64,000 bases of DNA from Candidatus Aenigmatarchaeota archaeon. Lineage in GTDB: Archaea; Aenigmatarchaeota; Aenigmatarchaeia; GW2011-AR5; JACRMX01. A program made the translations under genes and the position numbers. The DNA is taken from assembly GCA_018304635.1 (NCBI GenBank), contig JAGVVW010000001.1, forward strand, positions 43,693 to 107,692, given 5' to 3'. The notes under the pieces are model-generated. The model did not search any database and was not told the origin of the DNA. It saw nothing but the letters and a program-made list of their open reading frames with translations. This document shows positions 10,331 to 19,072 of this stretch, one piece after another; positions within the stretch are counted from its first letter, which is position 1; the number at the start of each line of letters is the position of its first letter.

Positions 10331-10615
10331 TCATTCATCTCCTATCTGTGGATATTCTGTCTTCAATTCCAATAATACTGGAATTGGAAATCTCTCATCA
10401 AGCTGCTCCAAATCTATTAATCCAATTCTTTTTCCGAGAAGTTCGTAGACATTATCAAACTGTGTTACAGCTTCTCTGAAGTTTTCATCCAAATGTTCCC
10501 GGCTTATTTTTTGTCTAATATATTTAAGATTTTCTCTGAGCACTGTCACTGCAACAGCATATCCTCCGATATCTATTATTTGCCATAGTTTAGCTTCTGA
10601 ATCATCCATTTGCAT
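10331..10615 (-). CDS. Hypothetical protein
   Basis: 94-aa ORF with no recognisable motif. Confidence 0.3.
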   Translation of the reverse strand: MQMDDSEAKLWQIIDIGGYAVAVTVLRENLKYIRQKISREHLDENFREAVTQFDNVYELLGKRIGLIDLEQLDERFPIPVLLELKTEYPQIGDE

Positions 10616-10664
10616 AGTTTAGGGTTAAAATTATTTAAATCATGAATCAACCTGTGAGACTATT

Positions 10665-11492
10665 TCAGAATGCTGCTTCCAGATATGCAGCTAAAATTAT
10701 CAAAACTTCTGCTATCACCAGGAAAATTATCGAGTCCTTGAAAATGTTTTTGAATTTTTTTGACAGTGTTTTTTCTCGTATTATTCCTATGGAAAGTATG
10801 CCTCCTGCAATTCCTGCAAAGAAATATGCCAATATTTCAGGAATTCCATGGAGTGCTATTGCTCCGAGGCCCATAGGAATGCCAAAAAGATATGCCTGAA
10901 TCGGATGCGTACCTGCAGCTATCATACTCTTCATGACACCGCCAAGATAAACTGCAATTATAGATGCATTCCATGCCAGAACAAAAATAGCGCCTGCTCC
11001 AAATATAAGGGAAAGCACAAAACTCAGCAGCATCGTCTGTGAGTTGTTGCAAACGTATTTTGAAAAGTTATCTGAACCGCATAATCCATCACCACCTCCG
11101 GTTACATGGCCTGTTACGAAAGACCTTAATGTGTTGTTCTGCAAATCAAATGCATGGATATCAGGAAAGAATACGTATACGAAACTTGACGCGACTATAA
11201 TTCCCAGAAAAAATAGTGTATAAAGAACTATAGCATCTTTGTGGCGAAAAAATAGGTTAGGGTGAATCGGGCTTGAATATAATCTGTCTTTTTTTTCTTC
11301 TTTTGAAAATACCTTGAAAAATATCGGGATGAACAGTATCGTTATGAATGCCAGTGAAAGTATGGATGCTGCTGCCGGGAAAATTTTCCACGCAAAAAAT
11401 ATGGATATGGTTGTATATATAACAGCGAGAAAAAACATATGCAGTGGTTTTTTCAGTATGTTTTTCGGGTTGAGAATTGATTCAAGTACCAT
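10665..11492 (-). CDS. Integral membrane protein (SpoIIM / DUF95-like)
   Basis: Six or more hydrophobic helices; architecture resembles stage II sporulation M-like membrane proteins. Confidence 0.45.
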   Translation of the reverse strand: MVLESILNPKNILKKPLHMFFLAVIYTTISIFFAWKIFPAAASILSLAFITILFIPIFFKVFSKEEKKDRLYSSPIHPNLFFRHKDAIVLYTLFFLGIIVASSFVYVFFPDIHAFDLQNNTLRSFVTGHVTGGGDGLCGSDNFSKYVCNNSQTMLLSFVLSLIFGAGAIFVLAWNASIIAVYLGGVMKSMIAAGTHPIQAYLFGIPMGLGAIALHGIPEILAYFFAGIAGGILSIGIIREKTLSKKFKNIFKDSIIFLVIAEVLIILAAYLEAAF

Positions 11493-11513
11493 GATAATAA
11501 TTTTCAGGGCTGC

Positions 11514-12452
11514 TTAAAAAAGGTGTAGAAGTTTCTTCAGGTTTCTATATTCCATGAGAATTAACTCTATCATAGGTCGTATGTTTCCGGTTTCCTGATA
11601 GTTTCTCAAAGCATCATAGTAGTTATGCCTGTTTTCCAGCTCTATATTTACCGGTGGCTTGTTATGGCGAATAAGAATATTATTGAGCAGAAGCCTGCCT
11701 ACTCTACCATTACCATCGGCAAAAGGATGTATGGTCTCGAACTGATTATGCACCACAACCGCAAGCACGATAGGTGGATATTTCTTCTTGTTTTTATTGT
11801 ACCATGAAACCATATCTTTAATCAGCTTAATGATCATATGGGAAGGGGCGCCCTTGTGAATTATCCTTCCCTGCCCATCGACAACAGCGACCTCTTGGCC
11901 ATTTTCACGAAAATTGCCGGCAAATGGTTTTGAGTTACGGAAGCAGGCTTTATGAAGATCTTTCATGAGCTCCAAAGACAGATGCATCCTTGTATTTCTT
12001 ATCAGTTGTATTGCATCCTTGACACCATATGTTTCGGATATCTCCCACCTTTCTCTTCCAAGCGGCCACACCTTGCTTTCCAAAATTTCTTTTACTTCGG
12101 TAAATGTAACAGAAGAACCCTCAATTGCGTTAGTATTGTAGACAAAAGATTTCACGAATGTCTGCCAGTCATCCTCGCTCAGATGCTTTATTTTTATATC
12201 GCCTTTAGCTTCCAATGTTTTGATTTCCTCGGTTTCAATCGTATTGAGCGAATGCCTGAAAGGGTCTGAAATTACTTCGTACGCTTTGATTCTTTCCCTG
12301 ATAATTTGCTCGGCAGAAGGTCGCTTTTTCATGATAGCCTTGATATCTGCGCCTAAATAAATCCTTATTTTCTTAACTTTTCCGCTTACTCTCAGGGCAT
12401 GGGCAAGATAATACTTCGTTTTCCTGCCGACAAGCCTTTTTTCGATATGCAT
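11514..12452 (-). CDS. Fic / DOC family protein (putative AMPylator)
   Basis: Canonical Fic motif HPFADGNGRVGR within a 312-aa protein. Confidence 0.8.
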   Translation of the reverse strand: MHIEKRLVGRKTKYYLAHALRVSGKVKKIRIYLGADIKAIMKKRPSAEQIIRERIKAYEVISDPFRHSLNTIETEEIKTLEAKGDIKIKHLSEDDWQTFVKSFVYNTNAIEGSSVTFTEVKEILESKVWPLGRERWEISETYGVKDAIQLIRNTRMHLSLELMKDLHKACFRNSKPFAGNFRENGQEVAVVDGQGRIIHKGAPSHMIIKLIKDMVSWYNKNKKKYPPIVLAVVVHNQFETIHPFADGNGRVGRLLLNNILIRHNKPPVNIELENRHNYYDALRNYQETGNIRPMIELILMEYRNLKKLLHLF

Positions 12453-12593
12453 GATTATAATAGGTGACTACAAATTTAAATATTTATGCATATGGGTGAC
12501 TACAAATGTAGTCACCTATGATAGTATCAATTGTTCTTTGAACTTATCTGAAGGACATATATTCAAAAATTTATGTTCTTCAGTATATATGAC

Positions 12594-12722
12594 ATATGAA
12601 TGCAATTATTATATTTTCGAAATCTTTCCAGGATTTCGGAAATTGGAAATTCGACAGAATTTCCAAAATCGTGAATTGCCATGTTTTATGCGACATAAGT
12701 TACGCAATTCACAATATATTTA
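12594..12722. repeat. R1 structured repeat copy 1 (three consecutive hairpins)
   Basis: About 85% identical to 60355-60492. Stems cgaaatc/gatttcg, ggaaatt/aatttcc and gtgaattgc/gcaattcac. Confidence 0.8.
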
Positions 12723-12792
12723 CAGAACATACGCGTGAATATCTTTAAAATAGTATTAACACGCTAATACAATTAATATTATCATACAAATA

Positions 12793-13446
12793 TTGAAGCT
12801 GATTATGATCATGAATGAATTTTACGACATGAAGGAAAATGAAGTGCTTGTGCCAGAAGGTAAAGAACAAACAGACGCCAAAGGCGTCAAGATTTTTCTA
12901 GTAAGCGACATGCACTTTGACCACGAGAATATCATAAAGTATTGTAACAGTCCATTCAAGTCAAAAGATGAAATGAACAATGTTATGATCGGTAACTGGA
13001 ATTCTGTTGTTGGCAACTCTGATACTATATACATTCTTGGTGATGTAACATTCGGGCGTGGCCATAAGCCTATTGATTATTGGATGGATAAATTGAAAGG
13101 AAACAAATTCCTGATCAAGGGAAACCATGACAAAGACAAACTCATAAAAGCAACTAAAATTGCAAACGAAACGATACTGGAATATAGTGGCTGGAAATTC
13201 CTGCTCATGCACGAGCCCAAAAGGCCTACTAACTGAAAGAATTGGATAATCCACGGCGACAAGCACAATCACGATCCAGTCAATTTTCCGATGGTCAACT
13301 GCAAAAGGAAGACAATCAACGTGTGCGTTGAGCTTATAGGCTATGCGCCTATTTTGCTGGATGACCTGATAAAGAGTTGTAGAAAGGGTAATTGCGTTAA
13401 GTGTTGTACGTATATTTTTTCTTTTCATAAGGGCTTTCTTTTTTGA
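12793..13446 (+). pseudogene. Calcineurin-like metallophosphoesterase interrupted by an in-frame TGA (13234-13236)
   Basis: VSDMHFDHEN, ILGDVTFG and KGNHDKD motifs before the stop. The same frame continues after the TGA as KNWIIHGDKHNHD..., the GHxH-type motif, to a stop at about 13446. Confidence 0.55.
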
Positions 13447-13460
13447 AAAATTTTATAGAT

Positions 13461-13509
13461 CAAATACCCTATGCTAAAGCATGTGGTATTTTTGAATGTA
13501 AAATAAAGG
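13461..13509. repeat. R5 hairpin repeat copy 1 (aaatacc..ggtattt-ttgaatgtaaaata)
   Basis: Similar copies at 14821-14868 and 37474-37519. The stem is preserved while the loop differs. Confidence 0.7.
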
Positions 13510-13510
13510 A

Positions 13511-13538
13511 AAGGGCTTTTGCACAGCCCGAACAAACG
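13511..13538. repeat. R6 repeat copy 1 (aaagggcttttgcacagcccgaacaaac; hairpin gggct/agccc)
   Basis: 27 of 28 nt identical to 14747-14774. The two copies bracket the MNT/HEPN pair. Confidence 0.75.
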
Positions 13539-13621
13539 AGTAATGGAATGCAACCGTAAGATTTAAATACTATTACAAATAAGTAATAGTTATATTACAA
13601 ATAAGTAATATTACAATTACG

Positions 13622-14215
13622 ATGTGGTGCTCAATGAATAACAACCTAAAGGTATTAAAGCTGTTTGTGGATAACAAAGACAAGAAATTTACAATAAAAA
13701 ACGTGGCTGAAATTCTTAAAATGAATTACAGGATCGCTCATGAAGAAGTGATGGAGCTGGAAAAAGAAAATTTAATCAAAATTACAAAGTTCGGAAACTC
13801 CAACATGTGCGAATTTAGCTACGAATTCAGCAGTAAAATAGTTGAAATTGAGGATATCAGGAAAAACGAACTATTCAAAAATAAAGATATCAAACTAATT
13901 CACAAAAGAATAAAAGAGGTCAAATGCCCTTTTTATATTCTTGTTATTTTTGGTTCGCATGCAAATACAACAAATACCAAACATTCTGATATTGATTTGT
14001 GTCTGATAACAGATGATTCAGAAATCAATGAACAGGCAAATACAATATTAAGCATAACTCCTGTAAATATTCATTTTCAGGAATTCACCTCGGAAGATTT
14101 TTTATCCATGATAAAAAGCAAGAAATCCAATGTCGGCAACGAAATAATTAAAAACAATATAGTTTTATACGGAATCGAGAATTTTTATGAGTTGGTGAAT
14201 AATGTTAAGCAATAA
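13622..14215 (+). CDS. Nucleotidyltransferase (MNT-type) with N-terminal wHTH
   Basis: ILVIFGSHANTTNTKHSDIDLCLITDD matches the minimal NTase GS...DxD motif. Confidence 0.6.
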   Translation: MWCSMNNNLKVLKLFVDNKDKKFTIKNVAEILKMNYRIAHEEVMELEKENLIKITKFGNSNMCEFSYEFSSKIVEIEDIRKNELFKNKDIKLIHKRIKEVKCPFYILVIFGSHANTTNTKHSDIDLCLITDDSEINEQANTILSITPVNIHFQEFTSEDFLSMIKSKKSNVGNEIIKNNIVLYGIENFYELVNNVKQ

Positions 14216-14717
14216 ACGAATTGAGGAAGCCGAATATAATGTGAAATCATATTTGGCAGAAGGTCTGATTAAAAAAGAGCCATTCAAAAACATAGTTTTT
14301 GACACGTATGTTAGAAATCACAGAGAGTCGATAATTGTCGCAAAGAAGATTTTTAATGAAAATCTTTCCAATTTGTGGGTTGTTGTTACAAGCTATTACT
14401 CAATGTTTTATGTTGCAAATGCATTGCTTTATAAGTTGGGTTATAAGGTCGGGCCGAAAGTTGCTCACAAAGTAACTTCTGATGCTTTGATAGTTTTTGT
14501 GAGAAAAAAGTTAAAAGATAGTCTTATCGATGATTATGAAATTGCAGTCAATGAAGCTATGGTACTGTCGGATAATTTGCTGGAAAATTATAATCTGGAG
14601 AGAATCAAGCGTTCATTGTTTCAATATGAAACGACTGAAGAAATAAAAATAGCTAAAGCAAAAACATCTTTAGCAAGGGCAGAAGAGTTCAGCAAAGAAA
14701 TTGAGAAGATGTTGTAG
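14202..14717 (+). CDS. HEPN-like domain protein (partner of the upstream MNT)
   Basis: All-helical 171-aa protein overlapping the MNT gene by 14 nt, the typical MNT-HEPN operon layout. Confidence 0.45.
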   Translation: MLSNKRIEEAEYNVKSYLAEGLIKKEPFKNIVFDTYVRNHRESIIVAKKIFNENLSNLWVVVTSYYSMFYVANALLYKLGYKVGPKVAHKVTSDALIVFVRKKLKDSLIDDYEIAVNEAMVLSDNLLENYNLERIKRSLFQYETTEEIKIAKAKTSLARAEEFSKEIEKML

Positions 14718-14746
14718 GATACTGAATTTGAGAAATATAACAGAAA

Positions 14747-14774
14747 AAGAAAGGTCTTTTGCACAGCCCGAACA
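14747..14774. repeat. R6 repeat copy 2
   Basis: aaaggtcttttgcacagcccgaacaaac. Confidence 0.75.
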
Positions 14775-14820
14775 AACCAAAAAATGGCTTTGCCATAGAC
14801 TTGAAGCCATTTTAGGCTGC

Positions 14821-14868
14821 AAATAAAATACTCTATGATATCGTGGGGTATTTGATTTACAGTAAAAG
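14821..14868. repeat. R5 hairpin repeat copy 2
   Basis: aaatactctatgatatcgtggggtatttgatttacagtaaaag; stem aaatac/gtattt retained. Confidence 0.6.
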
Positions 14869-14958
14869 AAACGTGTTTCACATTTTCATATCATTTGGCA
14901 AAGTTTCAGCTATGTGAATGAGCAACTGAAAAATTCACTCTGTGCTTCCAGTGGTTTT

Positions 14959-16386
14959 TTATTTCTTGTCCTGAACATACTGTTTTCCCGCCTTCAATGC
15001 AGTTTCAGCTTTCTGCAATTCACTGCCTACGTAAAGCGCATGCGATATCTGAGATACACGAAATTCCAGTTCCATTTTTTTGCACAGCTCTTCTGCTGTT
15101 TCCCCATAAAAGCTTTCAATTGATTTTCCGTCTGGAGACTGGTGTGTAACTTTTATTTTTCTATTTTCAACTACAATTAGAAAATTTCCCCTTGGATCAC
15201 CTGTCATGTCATGTATTACGGGGTTCTCTTTCAATATTTTTTCTGCCTTTAAAAAATCATTGCTATAGATGTGGCTACTGCCGCTTATTGTCGTTAAAGT
15301 GCCCATTGTAAAACCGGCTTCGTCTGCTATTATTTTCTGAAGCTTTCTGAGGCCAAAAGCATTCAGAGGCCATGCATTGAACATATCGTTGCTTCGTATA
15401 TACGATGTCATATGAAGCTTATCCTGAATTAAAACATGAACCATGTTCATGCAGGGGCTGTGTGTTTCCTTTGTATCTTTTTCAACACACCACGTAAAGG
15501 CTATTGCTGCCCGTGAATAGCTGGATTTTTTTAAATCATCTATTATATATTTTATCTGGTCAATGCTATTATAATCACGAAGCCTCTGTCCATATGTATA
15601 TGAAATATCCGGAAACTTTTCCGGTGTAGTTATTTTCGGTATATATGCATCCAGTGCCTGTTTGTTGAATAGCATATATTCAGGAATTTTCGGTTTATCT
15701 GCATCCTCATCAATGATTATAGCACAAACGTTTATCAGTTCTTTTATATCATCTGAATATCTACTTTTTTTAACATAACCGAATCGCATTAAAAGCGATA
15801 AAATCTCGCGCCATGCATCACTAATGAATTTTTTTCTTATTTTGAAAACCATAGGATCTGTTGGGTAGACATCTGGTTGCCTGAATATTTTTTCCGGGAA
15901 AATTTCAGCCTCCCCATATGGTTTTGATTCTGGTAATGATCTTATTAATTTGTTCAATTCTGATAAATCATGAATGCCTCGCTTGTCATAAACAATTACA
16001 TTGCACCTCAGGTTCTCCAGTGCAACAGCAGGTATTTCTTTGTCTATTGAAATTTCAGTGCCTGTGATTTTATTTTCCCTGTCAACACCTTCCGTGAAAA
16101 ATTTTATCAAATACTCTCCGCTTTTGGTTATATCTATGCCAGTTATGATAAGATGTCTTATATCTTTGTTTGCAAGCAAGTTTCGTATAATTGCGTTTAT
16201 GCCTTCATCTTTTGAATACAATTGCCCTATTGCTGAATATGGCTCTGATAGCTGACTTAACACTTTTTCCTTCGGTGTCCAAAGCGTTATTATTGCAATA
16301 CCTTTTTTAGAATCAGAAACATCAATAAGCTCTTTGAAATACACGGGCTGCATGATAGGAATATGATGGAAATGTTTTAAAAACAT
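14959..16386 (-). CDS. Thymidylate synthase (ThyA-fold) family protein with a roughly 250-aa N-terminal extension
   Basis: C-terminal half [11 protein letters not shown]...[50 protein letters not shown]...[11 protein letters not shown] aligns with the ThyA core (WNP.D / PPCH..Q..V / QRS.D.FLG.PFNIASYALL / GD.HIY.NH). Confidence 0.6.
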   Translation of the reverse strand: MFLKHFHHIPIMQPVYFKELIDVSDSKKGIAIITLWTPKEKVLSQLSEPYSAIGQLYSKDEGINAIIRNLLANKDIRHLIITGIDITKSGEYLIKFFTEGVDRENKITGTEISIDKEIPAVALENLRCNVIVYDKRGIHDLSELNKLIRSLPESKPYGEAEIFPEKIFRQPDVYPTDPMVFKIRKKFISDAWREILSLLMRFGYVKKSRYSDDIKELINVCAIIIDEDADKPKIPEYMLFNKQALDAYIPKITTPEKFPDISYTYGQRLRDYNSIDQIKYIIDDLKKSSYSRAAIAFTWCVEKDTKETHSPCMNMVHVLIQDKLHMTSYIRSNDMFNAWPLNAFGLRKLQKIIADEAGFTMGTLTTISGSSHIYSNDFLKAEKILKENPVIHDMTGDPRGNFLIVVENRKIKVTHQSPDGKSIESFYGETAEELCKKMELEFRVSQISHALYVGSELQKAETALKAGKQYVQDKK

Positions 16387-16401
16387 GGGTTTAAAAACAT
16401 A

Positions 16402-17457
16402 TTGTTAATATTTCATTATATGGCTGGTATTGTTGGTTATGGTGCTTATATACCAAAATTAAGAATAAAGGTTGAAGAAATAGCCAGGGTTTGGGAACAG
16501 GATCCTGAAAATATAAAAAACGGACTGTCAATAACTGAAAAATCTGTTCCTGATAAAGATGAAGATACGATTACTATTAGTGTTGAAGCTGCAAGAAATG
16601 CATTGAAAAGAGCTGAAATAGATCCGCAGGATATAGGAGCTGTCTTTGTTGGCTCTGAAAGCCACCCATATACAGTAAAGCCATCAGGGACTGTTGTTAT
16701 TGATGCATTAGGCATTGGTCCTGATGTTTCGTGTGTTGACACTGAATTTGCATGCAGGGCTGGATCAACCAACATTTTTATAGTTCTTGGTCTTGTAAAA
16801 GCCGGGATGATAAAATATGGGTTGGCTATAGGTGCTGACACATCCCAGGGAAGGCCTGGTGATGCGTTGGAATACACTGCTGCTGCAGGCGGTGCTGCTT
16901 TTATCATCGGAAATAAAAACGTAGCTGCTGAGATCACGGATCATTATTCATTTATCACAGACACCCCGGATTTTTACAGGCGTGAAGGTAACGATTATCC
17001 AACGCATGCAGGTCGTTTTACAGGCGAGCCTGCCTATTTTAAGCATGTATTATCAGCTGCAAAAAATTTGATGGAAAAAAATGAAACAAAACCAACGGAT
17101 TTTGATTATTGTATTTTTCATATGCCGAATGGAAAGTTTCCTGTAAGAGCTGCAAAATTATTGGGTTTTTCAAAAGATCAGATTGAACAATCATTGGTTG
17201 TTAAAAAAATAGGAAATACATATTCAGGATCCAGCCTGCTTGGTTTGACTAATGTTCTGGATATTTCAAAACCTGACCAGAAAATTTTAATGGTTTCTTA
17301 CGGATCAGGAGCTGGATCAGATGCCTTTATTATAAAAACAACGAAGTTTATTGAGAAAATAAGAAACATGGCTCCTTTAACTGAAAATTACATTAAAAAC
17401 AAAAAATACATTGATTATGGAACTTATGTGAAGTTAAGGGGAAAATTGAAAAGATAG
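16402..17457 (+). CDS. HMG-CoA synthase (archaeal type)
   Basis: 351 aa with a thiolase-like fold, [11 protein letters not shown]-terminus and [11 protein letters not shown]; immediately followed by thiolase and a DUF35 protein. Confidence 0.8.
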   Translation: MLIFHYMAGIVGYGAYIPKLRIKVEEIARVWEQDPENIKNGLSITEKSVPDKDEDTITISVEAARNALKRAEIDPQDIGAVFVGSESHPYTVKPSGTVVIDALGIGPDVSCVDTEFACRAGSTNIFIVLGLVKAGMIKYGLAIGADTSQGRPGDALEYTAAAGGAAFIIGNKNVAAEITDHYSFITDTPDFYRREGNDYPTHAGRFTGEPAYFKHVLSAAKNLMEKNETKPTDFDYCIFHMPNGKFPVRAAKLLGFSKDQIEQSLVVKKIGNTYSGSSLLGLTNVLDISKPDQKILMVSYGSGAGSDAFIIKTTKFIEKIRNMAPLTENYIKNKKYIDYGTYVKLRGKLKR

Positions 17458-17571
17458 AAAATGTTATGGTGAATAATTATAAAAGAAAGGTGTTTACTAA
17501 AGGAGAAAAATAAATATTGTGTATAAATATGGCAGCGAAGCTGCCAAGAAAAGGAAGAGGTTAAACAACTT

Positions 17572-17653
17572 GACGCATTTTGATAAGTCAAAAACAAAAT
17601 GCGTCTTTCGGTTTGGAGAAACCCTGGTTTCTCCTAGAAAGAAAGGTTAGAGT
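17572..17653 (+). repeat. R2 leader element copy B, immediately 5' of thiolase
   Basis: gacgcattttgataagtcaaaaacaaaatgcgtc-tttcggtt-tggagaaaccctggtttctcct-agaaagaaaggttagagt then ATG at 17654. Confidence 0.75.
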
Positions 17654-18796
17654 ATGGTTCATATATTAAGCGGGTATCAGACCAGATTTGGCGAGATTTG
17701 GAATTCATCATTGAAGAACTTAATACAGGAATCTGGGTTTGGTGCTATAAAAAATAGTGGTATTGACAAGAAAGATATAGACAATGTTTTCATTGGAAAC
17801 ATGGCTGGTGGTAAATACACAGGCCAGGAACATTTAGGTGCGTTAACTACAACATCATTAGGATTAAGTGTTCCGTCTGTGCACTGTGAAGCTGCATGTG
17901 CATCAGGTGCTGTTGCATTTCAGCAGGCTTATTATAAAATAAAATCAGGTGAAAGTAGAGTAGCGCTGGTTGTTGGCGCTGAAAAAATGACTGATGTTAT
18001 TGGTGATGAAGCTGTTTCTATTTTAATGGGTGCGGGTGACAGTGAAACAGAATCTTTTATAGGTCTTCCATTCAGTGGATTATATGCATTGATGGCTAAA
18101 ATTCATATGAATAAATTCGGGACAACATCAGAACAACTTGCAAATGTTTCTGTGATAAATCATAAACATGGCACGAATAATAAACTGGCTCAGTTTAATA
18201 CAGAAATCACTATTAGGAACGTGTTGGAGTCAACGATGATAGCTGATCCTCTTCATCTACTTGATTGTTCACCGCTAACAGATGGAGCAGCTGCTGTTAT
18301 ATTGACTTCTGACGATATTGCTAAAGAATACGACAATCCTATTAAAGTAAAAGCCTGTGCTTGTTTTACAGACACATTAGCCTTGTACAAAAGAGAATCA
18401 TTATTTAAATTAAAATCAGCTATAAAAGCGGGTGAAAACGTGTTTAAGGATTCCGGGCTTAAAACAAGAGATATTGATGTATTAGAGGTTCATGATTGTT
18501 TTTCAATAAACGAAATTTTGTGTTTAGAAGCTTTAGGATTTTGTAAAGAAGGCAGGGGTGGAAGGTTTGTTGAAGACGATGAAATATCTTTAGATGGTTC
18601 AATACCAACAAACACAACCGGTGGATTAAAGTCATGCGGACATCCTGTTGGTGCTACTGGTGTCAGGCAAATACTTGATGTTGTAAATCAAATACAAGGC
18701 AAATCAATAAACCAAGTCAAAGCGAAAAACGGGCTTTGTCTGAATATTGGAGGAAGCGGTGCAACAGCTGTTGCACATATTTTTGGGGTCGAGTAA
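17654..18796 (+). CDS. Acetyl-CoA C-acetyltransferase (archaeal thiolase)
   Basis: Thiolase active-site context CEAACASGA, a C-terminal GH.VGATG motif and NIGGSGAT; 380 aa. Confidence 0.85.
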   Translation: MVHILSGYQTRFGEIWNSSLKNLIQESGFGAIKNSGIDKKDIDNVFIGNMAGGKYTGQEHLGALTTTSLGLSVPSVHCEAACASGAVAFQQAYYKIKSGESRVALVVGAEKMTDVIGDEAVSILMGAGDSETESFIGLPFSGLYALMAKIHMNKFGTTSEQLANVSVINHKHGTNNKLAQFNTEITIRNVLESTMIADPLHLLDCSPLTDGAAAVILTSDDIAKEYDNPIKVKACACFTDTLALYKRESLFKLKSAIKAGENVFKDSGLKTRDIDVLEVHDCFSINEILCLEALGFCKEGRGGRFVEDDEISLDGSIPTNTTGGLKSCGHPVGATGVRQILDVVNQIQGKSINQVKAKNGLCLNIGGSGATAVAHIFGVE

Positions 18797-18942
18797 AGAA
18801 AAGTAGTGCTATGACATTTTGGAAATAAAGTTATGAATATTAAATGAGAAAGGCTTAAGAAAAGAAAAATAATATCATGAAATTTGGAAATAATATGCAA
18901 TGAAATTGCCAAAATATTTTTCTTTGGTGAACTTAAGCTTTT

Positions 18943-19015
18943 TTTCGAAAGCAAAACTTTCGAAAAACACGAGATGTGCTGAACGCATGATGCAGCTTCG
19001 CTGCATCTTTCGGTT
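18943..19015 (+). repeat. R3 leader element copy B, 5' of the DUF35 gene
   Basis: tcgaaagcaaaactttcga hairpin then gatgcagc-ttcg-gctgcatc (UUCG-loop hairpin) then tttcggtt. Confidence 0.75.
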
Positions 19016-19072
19016 CCTTCGGCTGTCGTCAGATTTTTGGAAAATTTTCAAAGAAAAAGAAAGGTTAGGAGT

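Noticed and set aside
10665-12452. Fic and SpoIIM-like genes in the same frame separated by a single TAA (possible fourth in-frame stop)
   Set aside because: The two halves belong to unrelated families (soluble Fic versus polytopic membrane protein), and the membrane protein starts with its own Met. Same frame is a 1-in-3 coincidence.
13234-13236. Selenocysteine-encoding TGA in the phosphoesterase
   Set aside because: The protein family is not a known selenoprotein class, no selenium machinery is seen in the window, and TGA terminates other genes here. A nonsense mutation or error is more parsimonious.
12961-13428. 155-aa minus-strand ORF
   Set aside because: It is antisense to the metallophosphoesterase reading frame, whose motifs are unambiguous.
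18943-19015. C/D box sRNA interpretation of R3 (contains CUGA followed by UGAUGC)
   Set aside because: Only a D'/C'-like pair is present. No upstream box C or terminal box D in the right positions.
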